A DNA stretch of 64,000 nt, taken from assembly GCF_018977255.1 (NCBI RefSeq), contig NW_024704743.1, positions 2,544,001 through 2,608,000 on the forward strand. Direction: 5' to 3'. Position numbers and translations under genes: made by a program. Shown here piece after piece: positions 14,020-26,789 of this stretch. Position 1 is the stretch's first letter; each line of letters starts with the position of its first letter. This stretch comes from Callorhinchus milii (Eukaryota). The notes beneath the pieces were generated by a model. That model had not been told where the DNA came from, made no database searches, and was given only the letters and a program-made list of their open reading frames with translations.

Positions 14020-14330
14020 CTGCTCCATGTCCTCCACCCTGCCCGGCCCTCCCCACCATTGGAGGGGGTCGAGCCTTTGGCCTCTCTGCCCCACTCTCTA
14101 GATCGCCATCCCGGAGTCCCTTTGCCTCACCCCCTCCCTCACCTCCTTCAAGGCCCATCTCAGAACTTTCCTCTTCGACCGTGCCTTCGGTCACCCTCCT
14201 ACCCCTACCCTCCCCACGCTCCACCCCCTGTTCCCAATCTCCAACTCCGGTCCTAATCCCTGACTGTCCAATGCTTTGGGATATCATCCCGACGTGAAAG
14301 ATGCTGTGTAAATGTAATTTATTGTTGTTA
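14020..14330 (+). mobile_element. L2-type LINE 3' end
   Basis: ccttcaaggcccatctc...cttcgaccgtgccttcggtcacc...ctttgggatatcatcccgacgtgaaagatgctgtgtaaatg(ttg)n. Confidence 0.7.
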
Positions 14331-14789
14331 CAAAGACAAAATATCTGTTGGGATTCTGGCCCTAGACAAAATGTTAGGAGCGACACTATTGAATACTAAG
14401 ACCCACTGTTGAACCACTTTGCCACAGACATTCAGAATCATTCTGCTGCTCGACTCTTGGTGAAAAAGAAAGAAAGATCCCACCTTGTTATTTTTAAATG
14501 GAATCCGTTAGCTGTAGGATTTCTTTGGGTTTTAATTCTATTATTTTATTCAAGGTTTTGTTTATATCACCTTTTCTTCTAAAATACCTTTGGCACAACT
14601 TCTCTGTGAACTGTAGGGGTGGGGGGAGCAAGTTTTATTGAAGGGATTGTTAAATTTCAGTGTCTTTTTTTCCCCAAAAAAGTATTTATAGCTTGTGAAA
14701 CCTCTAACTTGAGAAGGTTTGTAGGGTTGACTTGTATTGGTATATTAATATGTGCAAGTTTATTAATTATTTAACTTGCCACTGAAACC

Positions 14790-15275
14790 CTAATCCATGA
14801 CTTTGTCACCTCCTGGCTGGATTTTCCAATGCTCTCCTCGCTGGTCTCTCCATCAACCATCATTCATAAACTTCAACTTGTTGAAATCTCTGCCTGCTTC
14901 TTCACCGACACCAAACATCGTGTCCATCACCCAGTACTCGCTAAAGGTCCAAGGCTCCTTGTCTCTCAGCAGATTGATTTCCAAATCCTCACCGAAGAAT
15001 CCCTTCATGCCTTAGCAGCTCCCTATCTCTCCAATCTCCTCCTACCTCATTCCTCTGCTTGCTCTCTTCCTTTGGCCAACTTGGGCTTGCTGTGCGCTCC
15101 CTTCACTACCATCAATGGCTGAGCTTTTCAATTCTATTCCCCTCACCTGTGGCATAACCCCCTTTGACTGCTCTGTCTCATCTCTCTTCAAGTCCAACTT
15201 GTTCCTGTCCCCGCCACTATAAAGCGCTCAGACTTTATTCTGCGTGAAGGGTGTATGTGATATAAATCCAAGTCA
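14790..15275 (+). mobile_element. L2-type LINE, RT C-terminal region and 3' end
   Basis: Encodes degenerate PSTIIHKLQLVEISA...IDFQIL...LHALAAPYLSNLL, typical of the L2 ORF2 C-terminus. Confidence 0.7.
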
Positions 15276-15325
15276 TTCTTCACTGTACATAGTTCTCAAG
15301 TAACTTGCTTTTTTTGTTTGGCTAG

Positions 15326-15483
15326 GTTACTGAGGAGCTGTAACAATGAGAACTTGAATGTTACAGTGCCTTTGAGGATGCTGGAGACCTTTTCCTCAGA
15401 TAAAACGTATTTGCCCAGTGTACAGGAGGCTAACTGTGTAGCATCATTAATTGAACAGATTTTGCACTACATGGTTCAGAAAG
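15326..15483 (+). CDS. UBE3C: UBE3C coding exon 6 (LLRSCNNENLNVTVPLRMLE...EQILHYMVQK)
   Basis: gctag| acceptor, 158 nt, |gtcagc donor. Confidence 0.95.
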
Positions 15484-15780
15484 GTCAGCAACTTAGTTTT
15501 CTTCACAATAAACAATCCTGCTCATTTTATTCTCTGTCCACTTCTCTGTTTCTCGCTCTCCTGAAGTGGTTTATGTTCTTGAGACGCTACCCTGTGTGAA
15601 TAGTGCTATATAAATGCATGTTGTTGTTTACGATTCCTTTTTTCGTTCTGCTGGGGAAAATGGTCACTTTTTGGTGCCTCATCAAAGTGATCATTTTGCA
15701 TGTATGGATCTTAGAAATAAATCGTGAGCGAAAGCATAAATTCTGAAAGTTCAGATTAAGGGAAATAAAACTCTTGGTTT

Positions 15781-15962
15781 TATAATAATAATAATCCTTG
15801 GATTTGATATAGCGCTTCATCATGTCTTCAAGACGTCTCAACGTGCTTCACAGAATATACTGTAAAGTGAATTGACTGAATATTTTGTGGGCAAAATGTG
15901 GCAGCCAATTGCACACAGCAGCGTCCCAGAAACAGTTGTGGATTCAGTGACCAATTTATTAT
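15781..15962 (-). mobile_element. tRNA-derived SINE, 3' half
   Basis: aataataatccttg...gacgtctc...aaagtgaattgactg. Confidence 0.85.
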
Positions 15963-16074
15963 TATATGCGCGGTTATAGATTGTTGAATCGGTCAAAAAC
16001 CAAAGACTGAGACAGTATATCGAGAAAGCTTAGAGGAATTACGAATATTAATTGGCTCTTCTGTTTTTCTGCAG

Positions 16075-16237
16075 GTTACTACAAATCACTTTACATGTTA
16101 ATTAATCATAGGCTTCCAACAAGTTTAGAGTATACTGATGTGTTGGATGTTTCTCGTGTTCCACTCGCTATGACATTGTTAGAGAATTTTCTGAAACCAC
16201 TGCACGTTTCGTATGCATCCTGTCCAGAAGGTGCAAG
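16075..16237 (+). CDS. UBE3C: UBE3C coding exon 7 (YYKSLYMLINHRLP...SCPEGA)
   Basis: ttctgcag| acceptor, 163 nt, |gtaaaa donor. Confidence 0.95.
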
Positions 16238-16345
16238 GTAAAAAAAAACAAGGTCTTAAGAAATTCTTTCTGTTTGTATGGTGATTTTGTGTTTGTGGTG
16301 TTTTGCTGCTTTTTTGTAAAGAATGACTATTGTTGTTTTACACAG

Positions 16346-16578
16346 GCACCGGGTTTTTGCAGCGTTGGCGAAAGAGTTTTTCACTGCGCCATTCACAGAC
16401 CAAATCTTCAACTTCCTTATTCCAGCACTGTGTGATCCAAGGGTGTCCTTCCCTTACATAGCTTTCCTGAATGCACTATTAATAACCAAGAACAACGCTT
16501 CAGCAGGACCTGCCTTCACTCGGGATACAGCTCCATGGCTTCTGTACTTTGTACTTACTGTCGGAGAATCACAAATAG
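16346..16578 (+). CDS. UBE3C: UBE3C coding exon 8 (HRVFAALAKEFFTAPFTDQIF...APWLLYFVLTVGESQI)
   Basis: cacag| acceptor, 233 nt, |gtacag donor; follows a short 108-nt intron. Confidence 0.95.
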
Positions 16579-16719
16579 GTACAGAGGGTTTTTCTTTTCC
16601 CGGTTCCTCAAGGCTAAAGAATTTGATGTTGGAAATATTGAAGCGGTGTAAATGTGTTCTATTAAGAGGCTTGAACTATTTAGAAAACAAATACATTCTA
16701 AAAATCCGAAAGGTATCAC

Positions 16720-16955
16720 CTTGACTCAGAAGGTAGCAGCACTCGTGCCTCTTGAGTCAGGAGGTTGTGGATTGAGGCCCCACCATGGGGCCTGGAACTC
16801 GAGTGCGGTGCTGGTTGTGCTGCATTGTCAGAGGTACTGTACTTCGAGTGAAACAAACCAACATTCCCTGCCCTATTCAGGGACGTTAAAGATCCTATGG
16901 CAAGTTTCAAATAAAACAGGGAGTTTCCCCTATGTCCAGGCCAACAATCCCCCCC
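16720..16955 (+). mobile_element. Old Deu-domain SINE (SacSINE1/AmnSINE-like)
   Basis: gcactcgtgcctcttgagtcaggaggttgtgg head; gctgcattgtcagaggt...gttaaagatcctatggca...gggagtttcccc...gtccaggccaac, resembling the Deu core as recalled. Confidence 0.6.
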
Positions 16956-17153
16956 TCCCATTCTGAATTCTGTTTTCTTTCTGCTGCGTGATGTTGAACG
17001 TATTCACGTGTGATCAAATAACATCGAAACAAACGCAACAGAATCTCGTGTCAATTCATTTAATGGTAAGATATTTTGTAGAGAAATCATATCAGAATTT
17101 ATTCTTGTGAAGAGTAGTAATTTCAATCTCTTCCTCCCACCAAATAATTTTAG

Positions 17154-17308
17154 GCAATCTCCCTGAGGATGCCATGCTTGTATATCTAAGGATGTTGCAG
17201 TCACTTTTGCCACAGTTGCCTGTTTCACTGATTGGCTCAAATGGCAGAGAGTTGGGCAGCGACACAGAGGATGATGAAGAGGAGGAGCACAAAATGTTTA
17301 CTAGCAAG
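17154..17308 (+). CDS. UBE3C: UBE3C coding exon 9 (NLPEDAMLVYLRMLQ...SDTEDDEEEEHKMFTSK)
   Basis: tttag| acceptor, 155 nt, |gtatca donor; acidic stretch as in orthologues. Confidence 0.93.
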
Positions 17309-18049
17309 GTATCAAATCAAATGTCTCTAATTTAATTGTTGATGCCTTAAGTTTCCTAACCCGTACTTCATTAAGGCTAAAATGGAGTTGTATTTAGTTT
17401 GGGATTAAGTTTAACTTGTGATTAATCCTGATGCATTCGGAACTGTGCAAACTTTCAGCACATTATAAAACCATGGGACCCTTGCATTTCAAACTATTCC
17501 ATGCTTTTTTTTAATACATAAAATATATTTGAACTATTCTTCCACTGAAAAATAGATTCATCAATTGATTGTTCATATAAGAACAAATGGCTGTTGTGTA
17601 ACTTCAGTAACTTTAAAAACGCATGGAGGAAACATTTTATTCAAAGTTCTTGCCTGAGATAGAGAAGGGGAGGAAAAGTTAAAAGGTACTGTGGCACGGA
17701 AAGCAGTTGCCACTGATAATTGATTCTGTAAAAGCAATACTTAAAAATGATTCCTATCATTTTTACATCATTTTTTTCAGCAGTTAGATGGCTTTTCATA
17801 ATTGCTGGCAGTTTCCCTCAAATTTTAGCTTCTGAATGATTGCCATTACCACTCATAACAACAAGCTTCTTGCAAAAGTTGTGATTTTGTCAGTGTTAAT
17901 CCCTTTGATAGTTATTATCATCTGTTATTAACAGATGATTAATATTTTATTCTACACTGAAATGGTTAAATATTTAGTTGTGTTTTATATGAAGGCATTT
18001 TGTGAAAATGTTTGCATGCATGTTTACATATGTTTAATTCTGTTTTAAG

Positions 18050-18237
18050 GATGATGGTAGAATTTCAGTGAATTTAATTATTGAGGAGTGTCTGAAGAAG
18101 CTGGACACAAAACAACAAACCAATGCCTTGCTGAATCTAGTATGGAAGGACTCAGTGAGTGAAGACGTCTTCACGATGATGGCATCCATCTGTCACACTC
18201 TGATGGTACAGCATAGGATGATGGTTCCAAAAATCAG
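18050..18237 (+). CDS. UBE3C: UBE3C coding exon 10 (DDGRISVNLIIEECLKKLDTKQQ...HRMMVPKI), ends at a GC donor
   Basis: tttaag| acceptor, 188 nt, donor CAG|GCAAGT; phase 2 joins exon 11 to give PKIRLLYSLAF. Confidence 0.93.
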
Positions 18238-18294
18238 GCAAGTGGTTTGCTGTTGGGTCGACGTATTAAAATATTGAGCTGCAAAATTTTACTT

Positions 18295-18575
18295 GTGGAG
18301 TCCTGTAGCTCAGTGGTTAGACCACTCACCTCACAAGCGAGAGGACCTGGGTTTGATTCCCGGGCAGGTCAGGGCGAAACGTTGGGCAAGTTTCCTTACT
18401 CCACACACACGCCTCTGTTTACCAGCAGTCAGTAGAACCCGGTTGTTAGTCGATTGGCGGATCACATTTCTGGGTGAAATAATCCCTTCAAAAAATGTAT
18501 ATATATTTAATAATAGTTTGGTCACTCAATCCACGACTGTTTGTGGGACACTGCTGTGCGCAATTGACTGCTGCC
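18295..18575 (+). mobile_element. tRNA-derived SINE (long variant, 3' truncated), 57 nt downstream of exon 10
   Basis: gtggagtcctgtagctcagtggttagaccactc...gggtttgattcc head and body. Confidence 0.85.
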
Positions 18576-19486
18576 TGACCAAAGCCATTATCTACTTCAA
18601 TGTAGAACAATCCTGTAACAATCAGCTAGTTGTTCTCCCATAAGAAAATCTGAATAAAATACCGGGTCGTTGCTGTTAATTAGTCAGCCCTGGAACATCT
18701 GAATAAGAAAACGACAATATTTTGCTGACCAGGGAAGCACACTTACATTTTTACAAAGAACTGTTTTTATCTGTCCTTTACGTCAAATAATAACAATAAA
18801 GCACAAGCTTTAAATGCTTCAGCCTCTATGAGCTGTACTTAAAGCTGTTTAGTGCAAAACAGCAATGTAAATAATGCACTGAAAACCTATTAACTGCTGT
18901 CTTAGTTTAGGAGTGTTTATAGCTGTTGGAGGAAGTAAGATGTCAGTGAAACTGTCATTGCTCGATTAAGGTAATTAGCTTCTTGTGGACTAATTGCACA
19001 GGGGCAGGATGTGAGGTTTCAAGAACATAGCTGCTGCTGAATTGGGGAGTCTGCATTTATTGCTGCAAATAGCCTACCTTCTTGGTAATGAGTGCTGATT
19101 TTAAATGCATCATCACACTGGTTTCGTTTACTGATCAACTGTTTGTAAAGGTGCTCGCTGAAGTGAAGAAAGCAATTCCATGCCTTTAATTGTATGAGCA
19201 CAGCTGCCATTTCCTGTGTGAAATGCCTGGCTCTAGTGATTTTACTACACATCAGCCCAGGAGAAAGGTCCAAATACATGCTTACTGCGGCTGTTGTAGG
19301 CTTTTAGGCATTTGGTGGCTGTTCACTATCATTTTCCGAGTTGGGACTTTTTTTTCCCCTCTCCTTTGTTTCTTTGCCTACATGCATCAAATTAAAGCCT
19401 GCAATTTAAAATCTGTGCAATTGTTAGTGTTTGTGGTAGCTTAAAGGTTATGATGGCCTTCGCAAAATAAACCGAGCTAACTCACC

Positions 19487-20540
19487 ATGTGAAGGCTTAC
19501 AGATCCAGGTTGCGTTGAATAATGGATTTGTGGCTTGGGGTTCAGTGCGTGTGTTTTAGTGTCTGGATTCTAATGACATCATGAACCACAGGATTGAAGT
19601 TCAGTAAGGTTCGTAAATTTCAAGAAATCCCCAAATTAATTTGAATTAGATCGTTTGCATCCTTTTGCACCATTTTTTATTGAACACCGTGTGTTTGACA
19701 ATTTTTACCCTTTTTTGAAGAATTGCAATAAGTTTCGCAATTGTACAGTAACCTATAGTGCAAAAACCGGGGACACAAGATTGTGAACTGTGATTGTCAA
19801 ACTATATGAAAGGCGCCATACAGATGTAATTTTGTTGTTGGTGTTGTTGCCAACCTGCGCCTAATACTCTCCGGAATTGAATTAGCAGGACGCGTCCCTC
19901 CAGGGAGAGAGCACATTCCATTCCAACAATCTATCCGTGCGATTTCCATGTGTAGGTGGGATACATGGAATTCCCAGTTTGGTTTGGAGCAATGTGCTGG
20001 GTTTCTGCATGTGTCACACACCCGGCTGACTAAAATATATATGTATTATACAATCTCGTTTTCCTAAAGTAGGCTACTGAGGAATTTGGCACTTGGCATA
20101 TGTTATAAGCAAATTCTGTATTCATCTGTTAATTGGAGGTTGTTTGATGTATTACACACAGCTCCGTGAAAGTAAAACTGTCTGCTCATTTATTTCCACT
20201 TAAGTCCTGATCGCTTATTTGTGTTCTAAGACGAAAGTCATACCAGTGTATTCTGACACTAATGTGTGATGGAGTCAAAGTGCTGATAATGACCATCTCC
20301 AATTAACTGCCAATTAAATGTGTGATATTGCTTAGCCATCTGGGAACTGCTTCGTAGATTCAAATCACTTGTAACCTGCTAAATAGTGTACATCATCATC
20401 TTGGGTTTTCTTGAAATTTATGAAACCTTACTGAACTTCAATCTTGGGGCTTCTCTTGTCATTAGAATCTAGACACTAAAACCAACTCATTCCATGAATC
20501 CATTATTCTACATAATCTGTTATTTGTAAAACTTCACATC
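19487..20540. mobile_element. Element bounded by about 140-bp imperfect inverted repeats (MITE / non-autonomous DNA transposon candidate)
   Basis: 19487-19634 is the approximate reverse complement of 20401-20540. Confidence 0.6.
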
Positions 20541-21109
20541 TTATATACTGTTTATATCTGAAGTTGCTTAAAAGGGGGAAGCTTTCAGAAGACAGTAAGC
20601 AAGAAAGGGAAGGAATTTGGAGGTAAGGCAAGGTAGATTCGAGGCAAAGATTACTTTACATTTTGAAAGTGGAGAGAGTAGAAGCTTAATAGCTTGGGAA
20701 GTGAGTAAAGGAGAGCGGTGAGTGCCATGAAGCCTTGGCCTCCAACAGCATTACTTTTGGGGTGTCCCTCGTACATTCTGTCACAAGGCCTTTCTTTATT
20801 TCTTTTCTCTCCCTCACCCAAATAAACTCGTACCACTTCTTCTCTTGATTCAACATCAACAACAACAACTTGCATTTGACCAGGTACTCTTCACGCGAGT
20901 TAGTGTCGCTGAGTGCTGAATTGGGGATGTGAACATTTTGGTGTATTTCTGTTTTGGGGCGGGGTGGGTGGTTGTAGGTTCAAATTGGGCACACTACAAT
21001 TCTGTGTTGATTTGATTTCTGTGCATGACTTATTTTTAAAACTTATGAAGTGAATTAACAAAAAAGGCAGTTTTCAGACACTTCTTTATGAGCTTGTGGT
21101 TTCTTCCAG

Positions 21110-21196
21110 ACTCCTGTACAGCTTGGCTTTCAACGCAAGATTTCTACGGCACCTTTGGCATTTGATCACATCTGTAACCACGAAAATGATTACAGG
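21110..21196 (+). CDS. UBE3C: UBE3C coding exon 11 (LLYSLAFNARFLRHLWHLITSVTTKMIT)
   Basis: cttccag| acceptor, 87 nt, |gtaaga donor. Confidence 0.95.
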
Positions 21197-21334
21197 GTAA
21201 GAAAGTGGATGTCTAATACTTTGCTTCCCTAATACTGTGAATAAATAGGTTAATTTGTGGTCATTTAGTTCTGATGTTCACTTAGATGGGTACCTGCCTG
21301 TTTCGGATAACTGAGCACATTTGTTTTATATATA

Positions 21335-21422
21335 GGGACATAGGAACAGGAGTAGGCCATTCGGCCCCTCGAGCCTGTTCTGCCATTCCATTAGATCATG
21401 GCTGATCTGTATCTCAACTCCA
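21335..21422 (-). mobile_element. CR1-type LINE 3' terminus
   Basis: cataggaacaggagtaggccattcggcccctcgagcctgttctgccattc; related copy at about 23755-23845. Confidence 0.65.
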
Positions 21423-24400
21423 ATTATTTATTTATCCATTTTTGTTTTTTTTAATGTTGGTTCAGTTAGTGGTTGCTGGCAGAGATGAGTTCAACAAAAA
21501 AATCATTTTAGCACCTTTAAGGGGGCCATTTATTGTACATAGTAACAACAGTTGTGTCCCGTACTGTAATTCATTTCAATTTGAATTTAGCTTTTGTGCC
21601 ATAAATGTTTGTATTCTATGTAACCTGAGCTATTAGCTTTAAACCTCTTACGGGCTTGCAGGATCAATTCTGCACATCCCAAAAAAATAATTAAGGGTTG
21701 CAATTTTCCATTTTCCTTAGAGCCTACCACGAAAAGAGCCTGTGTGTTCTATTCTTAGTCCTGGAGCCCGGACCTGTATTTTTTCAACTGGTTGCACCCC
21801 CTGTACAGAAAGCTACACCCATGTTTATTTGAAAGAACAACTCGTAAGGATCAGTTTTAGGTATGGTGTGGTCAGTCTCCTTATGGCTTAGGTTGTGAGG
21901 GTATCAAAAACAGCAATTTCACTGATATGAAACCATTTAGATGCTGAGAGCAAAACATTTGTCACAAGTGCAATTTAATTAAATTTATACTAGTGTCATT
22001 CTTTTAAAGTTGACTCTTCGTTATTGTTCTTTAGTGTATGTTGTTGCTGCTGGAACTCAAAGGCCAAGTTAAAACGCTTTTTGATTTATTTAAACTAGTC
22101 TTCACGCAGTCAATCATGACATCTATATTGTGTTTTTAAATAAAAAAGCTGGAAATCTGACGTACAAACTGAAAATGCTGGAAATCCACAGCAGGGCAGT
22201 CAGCATATGATAGCAGTCATGGGAATCCCCCTAGAGAATAAAAATAAATTTCAATGAATAATTACATCAAGAAGTAGTATTTATTGAGCCTTTTTTTTAA
22301 GGCCATAAAGATGCTTTTAATGGAAAGTGGAGAGAAAAGCAGATGAAATTCCAGTATGACTCAGATTAAATATTTGGAGGAAACGGGAATCGTGGCAAAT
22401 CTCTTAGAGGATAGAGTGGAAAGTGGAGGAGACACCTGAGATTTTGAAAGATGTTACAAACAACAAGAACAAAATGACATTTGTATAGCGCCTTTCACGT
22501 CAGGAGGACGTCTTTACAATATTAAAGACAATATTCAGCTGGAAGGCTGAGAAGTTTGTGCTACTGGTGTTTGCTAGGCTGGTTGGAGCAATAAGAGGTG
22601 AGCATTGAGTTGAGGTAATGTTTATGGGATAAACCGTGATGTTGTGAGAGAGCAGTCTTTCCCTTCTTGATTTCACCAATTGAGCGTTGAGTGGCTTCAG
22701 CTATCACAGAAGATACGTGAGATTGAAGAATGTCCCGTGTGAATTAGTTGTGTGTGTGGGAGGGGTGTGTGAGGGGGTGTGGGACAGTAGTGAGAAGTAG
22801 TGGTGGACTTGAAGCAGAAAATGCTATATTTGCAGGAGAAATTGGCTGGTGAGAAGCAGTTGGTGAGAGGTGGAGGAGTGAATAAGAGAATCATGTAGGG
22901 ATATCGCCCATCGAATGCTCCCCGATTTCATAACTTTAAAATTTTCTTCCTGTGATTGTTTTTTCTCTCCCTCTCTCTCTCTCTCTCTCTCTCGCTGCTC
23001 AATTCCCTGTAACCCTGTATGTGGGTGTCTTCCTGTGCATTGTTTCAATTCTGTTGAAGGGTTATGTTCGCTCTGAGGAATACACTCCTTGTGTGTCCAC
23101 CGTAACTTGTGTGTCCGTCATAAACTATATCTTAAGCCTGGATCTTGTGAATCTCAACCGACAACTGTTTGCGGGTCGCTTCTGTGCGCAATTGGCTGCC
23201 ACTTCGCCCACAAGTACGTAGTCAATCCACTTCACTACATATTTCTGTGAAGCACTTTGAGACGTCTCGAAGACTTGATAATGCGCTATATCAAATCCAA
23301 GGATTATTATTGTAAATTGACATGCAGGGAAGCCTCGGGAATCTGAAGGATTTTCTCTTAAAAGTGAAATAATGATTTGGAGAGCAAGTTGAAGAAATCT
23401 TTGCAAACGTTTCCTGAAAGCACCGACTTCCAAGCGCTCTGAGAAGCTACCCCACGTAAAGGCCCCTATACAAATGCAAGTCTTACGTTGTGTTGTTGTT
23501 GACTCTTGCCCTCTGATACTTTCCCACGTACATTCTTCATGAGTGCATATTTCTGCGGGGACATCAGAACCTGGGCTGCTTTTTGTCCTCCTCTGACGTC
23601 CACCCGATCATCACTTTGTAGCTAGTGTTGTTGAAGAGCAACCAGAAGAGGGCAGCCTCACTTATTATTTAAATTAGTTATTTCCTCCCTCAGCTGATAT
23701 AGCAGCATATATTGCGAATCACACCGAGATCTGTCTCTTTCGTTCATTTTCACAGGAACATCATAACCGAGGAACAGGAGAAAGCCATTCAGCCCCTTGA
23801 GTCTGTTCTGCCATTCTGGCTGATCTATCTGTACCTCAACTCCTTTGCTCTATTCGTATCCTGATCGAACAAACGTGTACCATTCTCTGTGTATTTCAAA
23901 ACTGAGCTACTGTGGGGTGGTGGGTGTGGTTAGAAATGTTTCTGAAACCTGAAGCAACCTTCCATATTAAGCCGGTTTGGCAATTTATGGCAAACAGGAA
24001 GCACTCTCTAGAGTGAGATCTTGAGGTAAAAACAAGGGTCTATGATGGGCAATGTGCTGTGGGGAGAAGATTGCTATATTTCTTCGCGCTATCCTCAACT
24101 CTCAATTTGAGGTCCTTCAGTCTTATTGTCCACTAAGGAATTCTACCTTCATGCAGACTGTGTGTTGGCTTTCTTCCTGGGTCCTTTTTGCATCAACCCA
24201 TAAAAGTGGGGGCCTAATACTCCACACTTTCCATCTTCTTGACTCCTGTGCGTTCTGTCCATTCGGGCTTTGCTGAATCTTGGTCTCTGATTGCAGCACG
24301 CACAAATGTTTGGTGTTCGCAGCGATTGCCACATGTCAGACAAGTGTACAGTTACTCAATGTACAGTTACTCGTGTGACAATGTAACACGGGGTTTAATT

Positions 24401-25543
24401 ACCGCAACTGCTTGTCGCTATCACAAGCTCCAGAGTATAAAGGAAATTTGCTGTGAATCTTGAAAAACAATCTATTTCCCCTCCAGTTATCACTGTCATA
24501 CCATTCGACACAAATTGTTTCAATAGGATAACTAGCAATATTGCTTGGATGTCCTCTCTTTCCTCTGCCTGAACCTATATATTAAGATTATCAGTGTTAT
24601 TGTTGAACGTCACCTGCAGGTTCTCTCAAGAGCATAAACTTTTCTACTTCACGACTTCCACATTTGTGAATATTAATAGTTCTGGGTGATGAGAGGCCGC
24701 AGTGGGTTAGAACCAAGTCCTTTCACATTTGAAACTTGGTTTTAGATCCAACATTTTTTTAAAAAAAAGTTTGCAGTTTATTCTGCTAATGATTGTGGCG
24801 CTTACATGTGCTTTCAACTTTCCTTTAAGTGAAGTGAATGGAGTAACAGTGATGGATGAGTTATTTCAAAGGAACCTTGCAAATGGTCTTTCTAAATAAA
24901 CCTGTTGCTTTTTGAAGGAGGTGCAATGAGATCTAAAAGTAACGGCTTTGTTTCAGTCGAATCCAGGACTTTGTCTTTTATTTGGTGTAACAGAGATAAG
25001 AGTTAATGAGCGCTTTGTATTGTGATTAAAGAGAACCCGTGCTCAACCACTGATTCCAATGCACATTCTATAGCACATTTTTAATAGCACAATTGGATAA
25101 AGTAGTCAACGGAATCCGCAAATGCTGGAAAGTTGCAATGCTGAAGCAAGAGTTCAATCAAATCAACATATAAAATCTTTGGGTATATATGTCTGGTCAT
25201 CCAATCTCCTAATGGTCATAAGTAAAATATTCACCTTTTTTGCATTTCCAGCATTTTCTATAATATGATGAGTGTTCCTTTTAAGGGGCATTGACTGTAT
25301 TCCTCATTATCACCGAGCATAATTGTGGGGGAAAATAATTGTAACTCTTCTCGTTCACCACAGTACTCTGACAAGGCAGTGTCTCTCTGTGGATTTTTCA
25401 TGATTATTTGCATGTGATTTATTCCTCTTGTCAATTGTATTTCATATTCAAATAGATAATTCTGTCATATGTGGGATTCTGCAAAGTTGTTTGCAAAGTT
25501 TACTGATATTCAACAATTAAGTGTTTCACTTGTGTGCTTCAAG

Positions 25544-25704
25544 GTCTATGGTACCATTGCTGCAGGTGATTTCACGAGGATCTCCGATGTCCCTTGAAGA
25601 CTCCAACCGGGTCATTCCTCTCTTTTACCTGTTCAGCTCTCTGTTCAGCCACTCCCTTATTTCAGTCCACGACAAAGAATTTTTTGGGGAACAAGTTGAA
25701 GGAG
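25544..25704 (+). CDS. UBE3C: UBE3C coding exon 12 (SMVPLLQVISRGSPMS...HDKEFFGEQVEG)
   Basis: ttcaag| acceptor, 161 nt, |gtaacg donor. Confidence 0.94.
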
Positions 25705-26556
25705 GTAACGTGCAGCTGGACCAATTTTGCTGGAATTTCCATTTCTGAATATGTTATTGTGTTGTGAGTTTCAAAAGTGTGATATAATGTGATTGATCAC
25801 ATTCATTTAGACTGTTTGTATTTGATCAGATTATTAGTGATCTTTGTCCTCTCTTGCATTCTGAAAGGCACTTGTGTGTCCATGTCAGAACAATAGCTCA
25901 TTATCAAGGTGAACTTCCTGCCTTTCATTTTGAGAACAGGTGTGAAGAAAGGCCAGGTTATCACCAGTGATTCTACACATTGTCATGTTCTCCGTAATTA
26001 GAACAATTTCCAGGTGGAGGCGGAAAACAAACACTTGGAAGAGATAAAATGCAATGAATGAGCCCTTTTGAAGAATTGCAACTCCCAAATTGCTTTCCGA
26101 GGCCAATTAGTTGTAATCAGTCAGCAAGTTCTTGCTCAGTGATGCAGTTCACACCCAAAACTAATTCTGTTAAGAACAAATAAGCAAGTTAGAATGAACT
26201 AAATATTTATCACATTCAATACGGTAGCTCTCAATAGTTCAAAACGTTTCACATGGTTTGTGTTGAAGTGTTGAGATGTGACGGCTAATCTGTGCCAATG
26301 ACAGACACCCCTCAAACAGAAATGAGATGACAACACTAATTAATCTTGTTTTGGGGTGAGTTTGGATGAGGAAGAAATATTGAGCATTAACTAACCCCGG
26401 GAAAATTGCAACTCGCAGCTTACATTCCTACATCACCCTTCACGTGGGGCAGCGTCTCTGAGAGCTCAGCGCCAACCGAAAGTTTGCCTCGCCATTGCAT
26501 GTTGGCAGTGAGGTGTTGTGTGCTAAATGCTGATGTTGCTTTGATGCTCACTTTAG

Positions 26557-26789
26557 GTGTGGGCCAGCAGTTGTCAACAATGATGCCGTTCACTTTAAGA
26601 GAGCTGGTGACGTTATCCCGTTGCCTGCGGGATGCTTGTCTTGGAATCATTCATTTGGCGTATCCAGAGACAAAGCCAGAAGTGCGGGAGGAGTACATTG
26701 TGGCATTTAAGAGCATTGGAGTTCGCACCAATGCAGAAATGCAGCAAAGAATTGAAGCAGAACGCAAAAGATGGATTCAGCTCTTTAAG
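26557..26789 (+). CDS. UBE3C: UBE3C coding exon 13 (VGQQLSTMMPFTL...KRWIQLFK)
   Basis: ctttag| acceptor, 233 nt, |gtaggg donor. Confidence 0.95.
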
